Origin: Octopus sinensis
Lineage: Eukaryota
Direction of reading: 5' to 3'
Assembly (NCBI RefSeq): GCF_006345805.1
Contig: NC_042997.1
Coordinates: forward strand, 190,898,001 to 190,962,000
Length of the DNA stretch: 64,000 nt
A model generated the notes under the pieces. The model was not told where the DNA came from. It saw only the letters and a program-made list of their open reading frames with translations, and did not search any database. The position numbers were made by a program, and so were the translations under genes. Within the stretch, counting starts at the first letter, position 1. Each line of letters begins with the position of its first letter. Positions 49,401 through 61,675 of this stretch are shown here, in pieces.

Positions 49401-50861
49401 ATTTCTTTATTACCCACAAGGGGCTAAACATAGAGGGGACAAACAAAGACAGACATAGGTATTAAGTCGATTACATTGACCCCAGTGCGTAACTGGTACT
49501 TATTTAATCGACCCCGAAAGGATGAAAGACAAAGTTGACCTCGGCGAAATTTGAACTCAGAATGTAACAGCAGACGAAATCCCTATTTCTTTACTGCCCA
49601 CAAGGGGTTAAACACAGATGGGACAAACAAGGACAGACGAGGTATTAAGTTGATTACATCGACCCCAGCGTAACTGGTACTAATTTATCGACCCCGAAAG
49701 GATGAAAGGCAAAGTCGACCTCGGCGGAATTTGAACTCAGAACGTAAAGACAGACGAAATCCCTATTTCTTTACTGCCCACAAGGGGTTAAACACAGATG
49801 GGACAAACAAGCAGACAGAGGTATTAAGTTGATTACATCGACCCCAGTGCGAACTGGTACTTAATTTATCGACCCCGAAAGGATTGAAGGCAAAGTCGAC
49901 CTCGGCGGATTTGAACTCAACGTAAAGACAGACGAAATCCCTATTTCTTTACTGCCCACAAGGGGTTTTACACACAGATGGGACAAACAAGGACAGACAG
50001 AGGTATTAAGTTGATTACATCGACCCCAGTGCGTAACTGGTACTTAATTTATCGACCCCGAAAGGATGAAAGGCAAAGTCGACCTCGGCGGAATCTGAAC
50101 TCAGAACGTAAAGACAGACGAAATCCTATTTCTTTACTGCCAACAAGGGGTTAAACACAGATGGGACAAACAAGGACAGACAGAGTGGTATTAAGTTGAT
50201 TACATCGACCCCAGTGCGTAACTGGTACTTAATTTATCGACCCCGAAAGGATGAAAGGCAAAGTCGACCTCGGCGGAATCTGAACTCAGAACGTAAAGAC
50301 AGACGAAATCCCTATTTCTTTACTGCCCACAAGGGGTTAAACACAGATGGGACAAACAAGGACAGACAGAGGTATTAAGTTGATTACATCGACCCCAGTG
50401 CGTAACTGGTACTTAATTTATCGACCCCGAAAGGATGAAAGGCAAAGTCGACCTCGGCGGAATTTGAACTCAGAACGTAAAGACAGACGAAATCCCTATT
50501 TCTTTACTGCCCACAAGGGGTTAAACACAGATGGGACAAACAAGGACAGACAGAGGTATTAAGTTGATTACATCGACCCCAGTGCGTAACTGGTACTTAA
50601 TTTATCGACCCCGAAAGGATGAAAGGCAAAGTCGACCTCGGCGGAATCTGAACTCAGAACGTAAAGACAGACGAAATCCCTATTTCTTTACTGCCCACAA
50701 GGGGTTAAACACAGATGGGACAAACAAGGACAGACAGAGGTATTAAGTTGATTACATCGACCCCAGTGCGTAACTGGTACTTAATTTATCGACCCCGAAA
50801 GGATGAAAGGCAAAGTCGACCTCGGCGGAATCTGAACTCACAACGTAACGACAGACGAAAT
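49401..50861 (-). repeat. Tandem array of 8 x ~184-bp SINE-body units
   Basis: Units start near 49398, 49582, 49762, 49940, 50125, 50311, 50495 and 50679. Flanked by ACTGTGTAGTACCT at 49387-49400 and 50862-50875. Confidence 0.95.
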
Positions 50862-51176
50862 ACTGTGTAGTACCTTGAGCAAACCATCTTCCACTATAAC
50901 CCTAGGCTGACCAAAGTTTTGCAAGTGTATTTTGTATCCAGAAACTAAAAGACACCCAGCGTGTATGTGTGTGTTTATGCATGTATTGTGTTTGTGTGAG
51001 TTCTTATTTCCCTCATCTACACATCTGTTTGCTCACTGGTTATAAATAATAGCTTCACTATTGTTTGCAGTCTAATCAACTGTGTGGCATTTTGGGCAAG
51101 TGTTTTCTACTATAGCTTCAGCCTGACCAAAGCTTTGTGAATGGATTTGGTAAACAGAAAGTGAAAGTAGCCAGTC

Positions 51177-51238
<62 letters not shown>

Positions 51239-53059
51239 TTCTTCACGGGCTCGCTCAGCAATGGCTAAGGAAAGATCCTTATTTATTTCTTTGATGGCTT
51301 TTTTGATCATGTGACACTCAAAGCTTTCTAACAGTTTCACAAGTTGGTTGCCTTTTACATCAAAGTCAGAAACTGATGGTGGAGTGACTAAAGGGTCCAC
51401 AACATTTGCAAATCCTACAACTGATGTTCTGCTATACTTCTTCTGGTCTAAATTCTGAAGAACTGGGAAGAGGATTTTTTTCCAATATATTTTACAAAAT
51501 TCTTGATAATCTGTCACAGGGTTCCCTGAAGATAAACAAAGAACATTATTTTTCCAGCACTTCTTTAAAACTTCAAGTTGTTTCCAGAGTATTAGGTAAC
51601 ATCTTAAAACCAGATAAATATCAGTTGGTTTTTGACTATTTATGTATTGATTAAGTCTTTCCTTGTTTGTTTTGCAAAATAGTGGTTTTGTCTCTAATAA
51701 TATTTTATATATATATATATATATTACTCTACCACTGGTATTTGAGTACTCTTTTTTTCCACCTTGTTTCACATTTATGTGTTTACTCTGGTGTATATAT
51801 ATATATATATATATAATATATCATCATCATTTAACATCCACTTTCCATGCTAGCATGAGTTGGAAGATTTGACTGAGGTCTGGTGAGCCAGATGGCTGCA
51901 CCAGATTCCAAATCTGATCTGGCAGAGTTTCTACAGCTGGATGCCCTTCCTAATGCCAACCACTCCAAGAGTGTAGTGGGTGCTTTTACGTGCTATCGGC
52001 ATGAGGGCCAGTGTGTTGTGTGTGTGTCTTTGTGTCTGTGTTGGTGTGTTTATGTTCCCATAACTTAGTGGTTCAGCAAAAGTGACCCATAAAATAAGTA
52101 GTCAGTTGACTAAAAATTCTTCAAGGTACTCCATCATGGCCACAGTCATAGCCAGAAGTAAAAGATAAGTTGCACGCATGCACAATTTAAGTCTGTCTCA
52201 AGCCTACAGGCTCACTAAGCCAAAGCTTATCCCAGTCACTGAGGTATTTCACTTGATGAGAGTACAAGGCCTTACTCAGTCTATTAATCTGGGTTAACCC
52301 CCAGCTCCTGAGGCTACCCGTTTTCAGCTGAAAGGACTGGAGTAATATGAAAGAAGTGCTTTTGCTCAAGAACACCTGGCCTGAAAATTGAACTCTTGAT
52401 CTTACATTCAGGGGTTCAACACCTTAACTTCTAACCCATGAGACTTTGTGTGTGTGTGTGTGTATTATTATTTTATTTGTTTCGTTCATTTGAGCACCAC
52501 CTTGAGGGGTTTTGGTCAAACAATTCGATCCCAGGACTTATTTTTTTTAAAGCCTAGTACTTCTATCAGTCTCTTTTGCTGAACCACTAAGTTACAGGGC
52601 CATAAACACACCAACACCAGTTGTCAAGTGGTTATGGACACACTCCCACACATACATAGATATATGTATCTGTATATATATTATATATATATAATAGGCT
52701 TCTTTCAGTTTCCATCTACCAAATCCACTCACAAGGCTTTGGTTGGCCCAAGGCTATAATAGAAGACACTTGCCTAAGGTGTCATGCAGTGGAATTGAAC
52801 CCAGAACCATGTGGTTGAGAAGCAAGCTTCTTACCACACAGCCACGCCTACATGTGTGTGAAATTATTATTGTAACAAGTTGAAAATTCCACCTAAAACT
52901 GCTATGATTATTTTTCTAAGATCTCATCTATTAAGTATGCCAAGTAATTACTTTGATCATTAAAAATACATCTCTATATCATGAATGTTTTAAACCTAAT
53001 TTCCACCAACTTTGAATATTCTTTACATTTACATTATTGCATTTTTAATTATTATTCAG

Positions 53060-53129
53060 TGTTGGAAATGAACATAAAAGTCAAGGTAAATTGGGAGCTG
53101 CAATTCTGTCGAATGATTCCAATAAAGAG
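53060..53129 (+). CDS. FKBP15: FKBP15 exon 4 (VGNEHKSQGKLGAAILSNDSNKE)
   Basis: attattcag acceptor and GAG|GTGCG donor; 70 nt, phase 2 to 0. QGKLGAAIL matches recalled QGKFGAAVL. Confidence 0.95.
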
Positions 53130-54332
53130 GTGCGTTACCATTTGTTACTATCAGAACAAGAACCAATGCTGACCATTTCTATATTAGATGACTTAATGAG
53201 CTTGTTTATATTTCCTCTGTCAGTTAGTCGTTTTCTCTCTTTGATTAATTGATCATATATATGTATGCATACATGCATCATCATCATCGTTTAACATCCG
53301 TTTTCCGTGCTAGCACGGGTTGGACAGTTCGACCGGTGTCTGCACCAGGCTCCAGTCTGATCTGGCAGTGTTTCTACAGCTGGATGCCCTTCCTAACGCC
53401 AACCACTCCGTGAGTGTAGTGGGTACTTTTTACATGCCACCGGCACAGAAGTCAGGGGAGGCTGGCAGCAGCCACGATCGGTTGGTGCTTTTTACATGCC
53501 ACCGGCACAGAAGCCAGTCAAGGTGGCGCTGGCATCGGCCACGTTCGGATGGTGCTTTTTACGTGCCACCAGCACAGGTATCACATGCATACTTGCATCA
53601 TAATTACTTATAATGTATTCAGTATATTTTCAGTGAAACTTATTCTGTGTAGTTAAATATGTCACCAAAAAAAAATTGCAAAAAAATAAATGTTAATTTT
53701 AGCAATTTCTTATAAAATAAAAATGATGAACTTATTGTTATACAGTGCTCAGGTGCACTACAATATCTTGTAAATATATTGTTTACTGAGGTAGTTCTTC
53801 AAATAGTAAGCTATTAAGCTTTGAAAAGAGTAGTAATACTCTTTTACTTGTTTCAGTCATTTGACTGTGGCCATACTGGATATAGCCGGTTTAATATTGA
53901 AGCAACGTGTATTTCAATTGAAATATGGTAACAAAATGGTTAATACACTAGGTATTTCATCTCTGTTTACCTGCAGTCCATAACATTATCATCTCATCTT
54001 ATTTAATAGTTCGCTTAGGCATTGCAAGACTAATAATAACCTGATGTAGAACTCAATATATGTATGTTTCAGAATAAAGTATTAGATGAGTATAGAGCAG
54101 TAATAAGAAAAAGAGATGACACAGGAAGAACAATGGTTATGTTATGGACTTCATTAGCTTACAGCTGTTTCAGTTCTATCAGCAATGACTTTCTCACTGG
54201 TGTTGCCTTCCCTGTATATTGCAAAAATGTAATCCTTCTTTTTCCCAAATAAATTGCACTTTATATTCGAGGCTCCAATGAAGCTATAGGATGTTATTCG
54301 GGCATTTAACGAGTTCACTGCATCCTCTAGCA

Positions 54333-54638
54333 CAGTGGTTCCCAAAGTGGGTGGTATTGCCCCCTTGGGGAGAGGGAGTTCCAAGGGGGCATTGAAGAAA
54401 AGTGGGGCTATAATGGGGGAGCAATTCTTGTAAAAAGTAAGGCAATAATGGGATAGCGATTCATGTAAAAACAACAAAATAATGGATTCATTAGGTTAAG
54501 TTTTATTTGTGAAATACAGTTGCTTTGAATTTGCTGCAGAAAGTGGTCTATGTTTGTGATGGTTAGTTGGGTGGTGGCGCTAGGAATGTGGATTGGGTGT
54601 CAAGGGGGCAGCAGCCCGAAAAGTTTTGGGGACCACTA
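54333..54638. mobile_element. hAT-type MITE
   Basis: CAGTGGTTCCCAAA...TTTGGGGACCACTA TIRs; no TSD recognisable. Confidence 0.65.
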
Positions 54639-54740
54639 ACCACTGTTTTTTTTTTTTGTCATCCCTTTTTCTCATCTTATTTGTATATTTTTACTTACCG
54701 ATGACAATTTTTATATCTTATTTTACTTTTCATTTTCTAG

Positions 54741-54815
54741 TATCGAATACTTCTTTATGTCACCAAAGAAAAGCAAGTGACCAATGTAACAATTACCAAG
54801 TCCTTTACTTTCACT
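54741..54815 (+). CDS. FKBP15: FKBP15 exon 5 (YRILLYVTKEKQVTNVTITKSFTFT)
   Basis: cattttctag acceptor and GTAAG donor; 75 nt, phase 0 to 0. YRILLY motif. Confidence 0.95.
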
Positions 54816-56072
54816 GTAAGAAAACCAACACTTTCTTCATTTATTCATTTTGATTCTTTACTAATACTAGATTATAAAAGTACTTCATTAAATTATCTAT
54901 CATGATATAGTAATACTTAAGAGGTTGTCATATCGTCTGTAAAAAATATGTTGTTTATCAAATAAAAGTTTATTTTTCATAGTGCAGATCATCATCATCG
55001 TTTAATATTGTCCTTCTCTGTTGACATGGGTTTGATGGTTTGACAGGAGCTGGCAAGTCAGAAGACTGCACCAAGCTCTACTGTTGGTTTGGGGCATGGA
55101 TTCTGCTGCTACTGTTGTTGTTGTTAAGCAACAAGACAGGTAAGGGTGATTAGGTGATGGTCTAGGGCTTAGGAGCAGGAGACCCCAGACCTTGAGAAAA
55201 AAAAAACTTTAGTTGACTTGTAGTCGAGGGCTCTTCGTTGACGCCCGACACCACTGGGAGGTGGCCCTCGAAGTCGCTGGAAATGGAGATCTCCAGGTCC
55301 AAATTGTTGGACGGCTCTGCTGCTGCTGCATTCCCTTCCTAATGCCAATCATTTCACAGAGTGTACTGGGAGCTTTTTACATGGCATTAGGAGCAGTGCA
55401 GTCTCCATGTAGCTTGCAAGACAAAACCCCCTCAACTCAAGGGTGAGCAGTATTGAGGGAGGTAGCTTTTGTGTCAGGTAATGAGAGGTAAGAGTATGAA
55501 CAGAAAGACAGAAAAAAATAGGTGTCTTGCTGTAGAGGAGATTCATGGTTACCTCTGCTGGGAAGAGAGAGAGATAGTAGTACTTAAAAGGAGATAGCTG
55601 TGTATAAATGTCAGTGACACGTAAAAGCACCAGCCGATCGTGGCCGTTTGCCAGTCTCCTGTGGCCCCTGTGTCGGTGGCACGTAAAAAGCACCCACTAC
55701 ACTCACGGAGTGGTTGGCGTTAGGAAGGGCATTCAGCTGTAGAAATACTGCCAGATCAGACTGGAGCCTGGTGCAGCCTCCTGGCTTCCCAGACCCCAAT
55801 CGAACCGTCCAACCCATGCTGGCATGGAAAACGGACGTTAAACGATGATGATGATGATGATGATGATGATGATATCACTTGTAAGAAATGTGACGTTTCA
55901 AAAAGTTCATCTCAGAGATAAATATATTCAGCTTTTCCTTATCTAACATAAAAATTTTGCTTATATGCTTTTTATAACTATTACTTGCTGTTTGTTTATA
56001 AGTCGTGTGTTTTCAAAATAATTCTACCTATGTTTGTTTTTTTTTTTTGGGGTTTTTTTCTTTCTTGTTTAG

Positions 56073-56171
56073 ATGCAACCAAATAACTATGCTATGTTCT
56101 ATGATGCAGCGAAACAAGGTTGGTCAATTTTGTTCGAATCTGAACAAGTTGCTCATAAATTCGCGAAAGAA
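56073..56171 (+). CDS. FKBP15: FKBP15 exon 6 (MQPNNYAMFYDAAKQGWSILFESEQVAHKFAKE), WH1-like region
   Basis: ttcttgtttag acceptor and GAA|GTAAG donor; 99 nt. PNNY..FYD...WSI.FESE motif. Confidence 0.96.
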
Positions 56172-56508
56172 GTAAGCTCATTTCTTTTAACACAATTTTC
56201 TATTTGTTTTACTTGTAGCAAGACTGCTTATACCTATTTAGTATTGAGTCATTTAGTTCTAATTATTTAGTGTTGAGTCATTTAACTGAAGCATATTTTT
56301 TTTAATGGTGTTTTAATAAAAATTTATTAACAAAGGCGTAGGAGTGGCTGTGTGGTAAGTAGCTTGCTTACGAACCACATGGTTCCTGGGTTCAGTCCCA
56401 CTGCATGGCACCTTGGGCAAGTGTCTTCTACTATAGCCTCGGGCCGACCAAAGCCTTGTGAGCAGATTTGGTAGAAGGAAATTGAAAAAGAAGCCCATTG
56501 TATATATG

Positions 56509-56546
<38 letters not shown>

Positions 56547-57606
56547 TTTCAATCAGATTGTAGAAAATTTGGCATCACAGTTGGGATGATGCAAGATAAG
56601 AAGAAATAAATTTATTTTGATATGTAGATTTTTATAGTCTATTTTAGCATGAGAAACAGGCATAAAATTGAAAATGATATTGGTGGGAGTGAGGATCCCT
56701 TGAAACAATGTTATCTTCTAAAACTATTCACCTTTGTACTAGTGACCTTTTGTCTGTTGTTTGTTGCTGTACAATGTATCTAAATAAATATGCTACAGAC
56801 CCAATACAGAGAAATATAAAGAAATTCATGACATTGATTTCTTTTTCCTTTATTGCACTTTGTATATGTGTGTGTGTGTATATGTCTTCTGCTCTTCATG
56901 GCATTCATAGTCCAGCCTCTTGTATCTGATTCAAATGTTTGTAACTGAGTAAGCCGTGTTGAATGCTCTCATTAGTCAAATAGGAGCTTTTTTTTTTACA
57001 GTTTACTGTTTAATTTTATTCTGTATTACCATACACACGTGGAGGCATGTGGCTTAGTGGTTAGGGTGTCAGCACCATGATCGTAAGATTGTGGTTTCAA
57101 TTCCTGGACTGCGCAATGCGTTGTGTTCTTGAGCAAAACACTTCATTTCACGTTGCTCCAGCCCACTCAGCTGGCAAAAATGAGTAACGCTGCGATGGAC
57201 TGGCATCCCATCTAGCTGGGGAACACATACGTCATAGAAACCAGGACCCATGAGCCTGGCTAGGCTTTAAAAAAGGGCGCATTTATTTATTTTTTTTATT
57301 ACCATGCATACAGTCTTAGTTGCAGGTAATTTAGCTGGGGATTGAAACTATACATTTCTGAACAGTTCTCATTGATGTAGATTTATAAGTATACAGTAAG
57401 ATTGTAATAGCTGTTTCTTGAATAACCTACACAAACGTAGGCGTAGGAGTGGCTGTGTGGTAAGTAGCTTGCTTACGAACCACATGGTTCCGGGTTCAGT
57501 CCCACTGCATGGCACTTTGGGCAAGTGTCTTCTACTATAGCCTCAGGCCGACCAAAGCCTTGTGAGTGGATTTGGTAGAAGGAAACTGAAAGAAGCCCAT
57601 TGTATA

Positions 57607-57653
<47 letters not shown>

Positions 57654-58226
57654 ATATGTTTGTGAGTCTGTGTTTGTCCCCTTAACATCGCTTGACAACC
57701 GATGCTGGTGTGTTTATGTCCCCGTAAATTAATGGTTCGGCAATAGAGACTGACAGAATAAGTACTAGGCTTACAAAGAATAAATCCTGGGGGTTGATTT
57801 GCTCAACTAAAGGTGGTGCCCCATCATGGCCACAGTCAAATGACTGAAACAAGTAAAAGAGTAAAAGAGAGTATTTCTGAGATATTTCGGAAACAAACAA
57901 ACATCTTCTAGAGGTTTAGTATTATTAAGATTATTTTTTAAGGCTTTATACGAAGGAATTAATGGCTCTGATGATGAGGTACCTGCTGAAAGGTTATCAG
58001 TGCAAATCCAGTGACAAGCAATGCATTGTACTCTGAGATTGAGCAGATTGCTTTAATCTTTTTGTTAACATTTCTGTGGAAATATAACTGCATTTGTTTC
58101 AAATAATTTTGAAAGTAACAAAGAATTTAATGGAATATCTTTTCCATTATTATACTGGTGTTTGCAACATGGATTAACATTTTGATGGCAGGTTTTAATT
58201 TAGATAATTTTAAAACAAGAAGTTTG

Positions 58227-58639
58227 GGATCTTTTCGGTTTGAACGGCAGTTTTTTCTAGCGGTGTCATATGAAATTGTCACCCATAATTATGACCCTAG
58301 TATCGATCTATTGCATTTCAATTTGTTTTAGGGTTAGGGTTAGAGTTAGGTGGGGGGGGTATCTTTTTTTCTTCGGGAATGTAAATAAACCCAATCTGTT
58401 TCTTAAACGAGGGGCATATTCATACGGAACAGAATGTTTTCATCTCAATAGACATCATTGATTGGTTGAAATTGCAGAAATTGTAGAAAAAAAAATATCT
58501 TACAAACTATAGAATTTTCTCAATAAAGCCAAGAGAAAAAGATGTTTTATAAACACATTCTACCAGTATACGAAGTTTAAAAGTGTTTAGTTACGTGGAA
58601 ACTATTTAAAAAATACTGCCGGTCAAACCGAAAAGATCC
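58227..58639. mobile_element. MITE with GGATCTTTTCGGTTTGA TIRs and internal (TTAGGG)n
   Basis: 24-bp near-perfect TIRs; flanks GAAGTTTG / AAAGTTTG (7 of 8 matching, TSD-like). Confidence 0.8.
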
Positions 58640-58875
58640 AAAGTTTGTGTTATGGAACCAGAGGCAGTCTCAAGCAGTTTAGTTGCAAAGGGGCTAATAT
58701 GTTCCCTGCCACCTACAAGGTTTTGAGTAGGAAGATAGTGAAAATTATCCAATTATAATTCGTTAGTAACAATATCCAACCTGTTCACTTTTGAAAACAA
58801 ATTTAAGGAAGTTTTTTTTAAACAATAACAAAGACAAAATTTTTTTTTTAATTCAATTCTAAACTTTTATTTCAG

Positions 58876-59028
58876 ATTGCCATTGCCAAATCAAAATCAT
58901 GTGATGGTGCCTTAGATACTGTAATTATCCAGGATTTGGTTCATGGAGAAGGCAATCCATTAGAGACTGGTGACTCTGCAGAAGTGAAATATACTGGATG
59001 GTTACTTACTAATAAAAAACTTGGACAG
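58876..59028 (+). CDS. FKBP15: FKBP15 exon 7 (IAIAK...QDLVHGEGNPLETGDSAEVKYTGWLLTNKKLGQ), start of FKBP domain
   Basis: ttttatttcag acceptor and CAG|GTATG donor; 153 nt. FKBP-fold motif GD..EVxYTGWL. Confidence 0.96.
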
Positions 59029-59235
59029 GTATGTGTCAGTGTCTGATGAAAAATCTCAGACTGTTCCTTTTCATCTTATTGTCTTCATGTATTGATTGAC
59101 TATTTGATTTTAACCAGCCTATCATGGGACATTTTCAACAAATTTTTAATTTTATAATCAAGATGCTATTGTTGACAGAAATTCTTGTAGTATTTATTCC
59201 ACCCTTTTAAGTTGAGTTAAAATCTCAGAGGTCAA

Positions 59236-60322
59236 CCCTTTTGTTACCAAACCGCCCAAAGCCGCCCCAAAAAAATTTTGGTTAATGTGACCAAACCGCC
59301 CAAACCCGCCCATATTTCCCTATTCATATTTAAATGAGAATATCAGTGCAAATCTCTTTAGTACATTCGTGAAAACACGTATTATACTTCGTAAATAGTT
59401 CAACTACAGTTTTGTACAAAAATTGAAGTGTAATTTTAATTCCGTGAATTTTGGGAGATTTTTTTCCGAAATTTGTTCCTATCGTGTTTTCAAAATTTGT
59501 AATTCTGACAAAAAATGGATATGAATTTCTTTATATCAAGCAGCGAGTCAGAATTCGAAGGATTTTCTACTGAAGACCTTCATAAATCTAACTCTATGAC
59601 TGAAAAAAAAAAGCACATGGTATTTGATAACGAATCTGATGTTTCATTTTCCGAAAGTGAAAACAGTGAATCCAAGAGCTCCGATAGCAATAAAGAAAAT
59701 GAATTGGCACCTGAATGGAGTGAAAATTTAAAAACTGTTTCTTTCGGTGATTTTTTCTGAAGAAACTGGACCAAGCCACAGACTTTCCCAGAAGAGTAAA
59801 GCCTTAGACTATTTCTTTGTACTTTTTCGAATGAGCCTATTTGAAATCATTACGGCGGAAGCGAACCGTTACGCTAAATGTAAACAAAGCGAAAGAAAGG
59901 ATAGTTAGTGGTTTCCCATAACCTTAAATGAAATTAAGACTATTTTGCCATAAATATTATTATGGGTATCAGAAAGTTACCCAGAATAACAAATTCTATT
60001 GTAAAATTTTGTTGTATACCCAATTGAATATTAGCTAATAACCCATTTTCTATAGCGATGTTTGAACAAAATTTTAATAATTTTATATTTTGTTGAATTT
60101 ACCTGTATCTACCTGCAATTAGAGTCACTTTGTGACAAAAATTATAGTATAGAATTGATTGAGAACATTTCATTAAATTATCTTTCAAAATTCACGTTAA
60201 TATGTTGATAAATAAAAATGTTATAGTTGTTTAATGAAACCAGACTAAATTTATGATTATGTTAGAAATTAATTGAAACACATAAGGGGTGTATTTTGGT
60301 CAGAAATATAGTAACGAAAGGG
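59236..60322 (+). mobile_element. piggyBac internal-deletion derivative with transposase N-terminal remnant
   Basis: TCAA|CCCTTTTG...AAAGGG|TTAA ends. Acidic N-terminus (ORF 59515), then frameshifted W...TGP...LDYF..FEIIT.EANRYA...W.PITLNEIK.YFAINIIMGI.KLP typical of PGBD transposases. Confidence 0.85.
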
Positions 60323-61606
60323 TTAAAGTACCAAGCATTTACAAGGGTACATAAAACCAGCTAACTCTCACTCAAATTTCTGGCCTTGTGACTACATGAG
60401 AAACAATTATTATTGTATGTCTTCACAATCAAGGTTAGCTGTCACACTCAGTTTCTGTGATATTACTAAGGCTTATATCATTTACAAATGAAGTTCAGTG
60501 CTTAGTCAGGAGTATATAATATAACATTGGATGAGGTTTGTAACAATGGTATTGAGGAAATGAGAAACAAATATGCTTTTCATATGAAACTAAATAGTAC
60601 GATATTGGTGTCTAACCAATCTACAGTGTACTGTTACCATGTTTTGTTTTTTTCTCTCTCCTTGAGCCATTTGCTCTAACCCTTTTGTTACTGTTGTATT
60701 TCTTTTAAAATACACTACTAATGTTTCAATTTATTTCGAAAATAATGAAAAAATTTAGTAAAATAATTTTCTTTTGAAATCAAAATCAAATTCGATGACT
60801 GGTATCTGTGCTAGTGGAGCGCTAAGAGCACCATCCGAGCATGATCGTTGCTGGCGCAGCAAACTGGCTTCCATATGGTGGCACGTAAAAAGCACCATTC
60901 AAGCATGATTGTTACCAGCGTCACCTTACTTGCACGTGAAAAAATATTTGAGCGAGGTCGTTGCCAGTGCCACTAGACTGGCTCCTGTGCAGATGGCACG
61001 TAAAAAACACCATTTGAGCATGGCCGTTGCCAGTACCACCTGACTGGCACGTAAAAGCACCCACTACACTCTCGGAGTGGTTGGCGTTAGGAAGGGCATC
61101 TAGCTGTAGAAACTCTGCCAGATCAGATTGGAGTCTGGTGCAGCCATCTGGTTCGCCATTCCTCAGTTAAATCGTCCAACCCATGCTAGCATGGAAAGCA
61201 GACGTTAAACAATGATTATGATGATGATGATAAGCTGGTATTTCAAGCATAAATTAACATGAAATTCTGATAGAAGATTTTAATGTAAATCACTCAGAAA
61301 CAGGAAGTTTGTATCATAGAACCAGGGGTGTTCTTGGGTGCATTGGTAGTAAAAGGAATGAGCCAAAGTTCAGTTTGATAGGTCTATTCTACTTTTGTTC
61401 ATTTCAATAAATATGTTACTCTGGAAGAACACACGATCACAGATAAATAGGACAGATAAGTTGTACTGTTACTCCCGGATTGTTTCAATATTCACAGCAC
61501 ACCACAGATTAATCAGTATTATTTATACCTTTCTTTTTTCATTAATATAATCTATTTTATAGTTCCAATGTATACAATAATATTGTCACCTCTTATCTTT
61601 CAATAG

Positions 61607-61675
61607 GTGTTTGATTCCAATGTCAATACAGATAAACAATTTCGGTTCAAAGTTGGCAAAGGAAAAGTTATTAAG
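61607..61675 (+). CDS. FKBP15: FKBP15 exon 8 (VFDSNVNTDKQFRFKVGKGKVIK); gene continues beyond window
   Basis: ctttcaatag acceptor and AAG|GTAAG donor; 69 nt. FKBP motifs FDS and FxFxxGxGxVI. Confidence 0.96.

Noticed and set aside
49398-50861. Possible CRISPR-like array or tandem gene cluster (repeated 71-aa ORFs)
   Set aside because: Units are near-identical throughout, with no unique spacers. The context is eukaryotic and the unit is a SINE body. The ORFs are antisense SINE translations.
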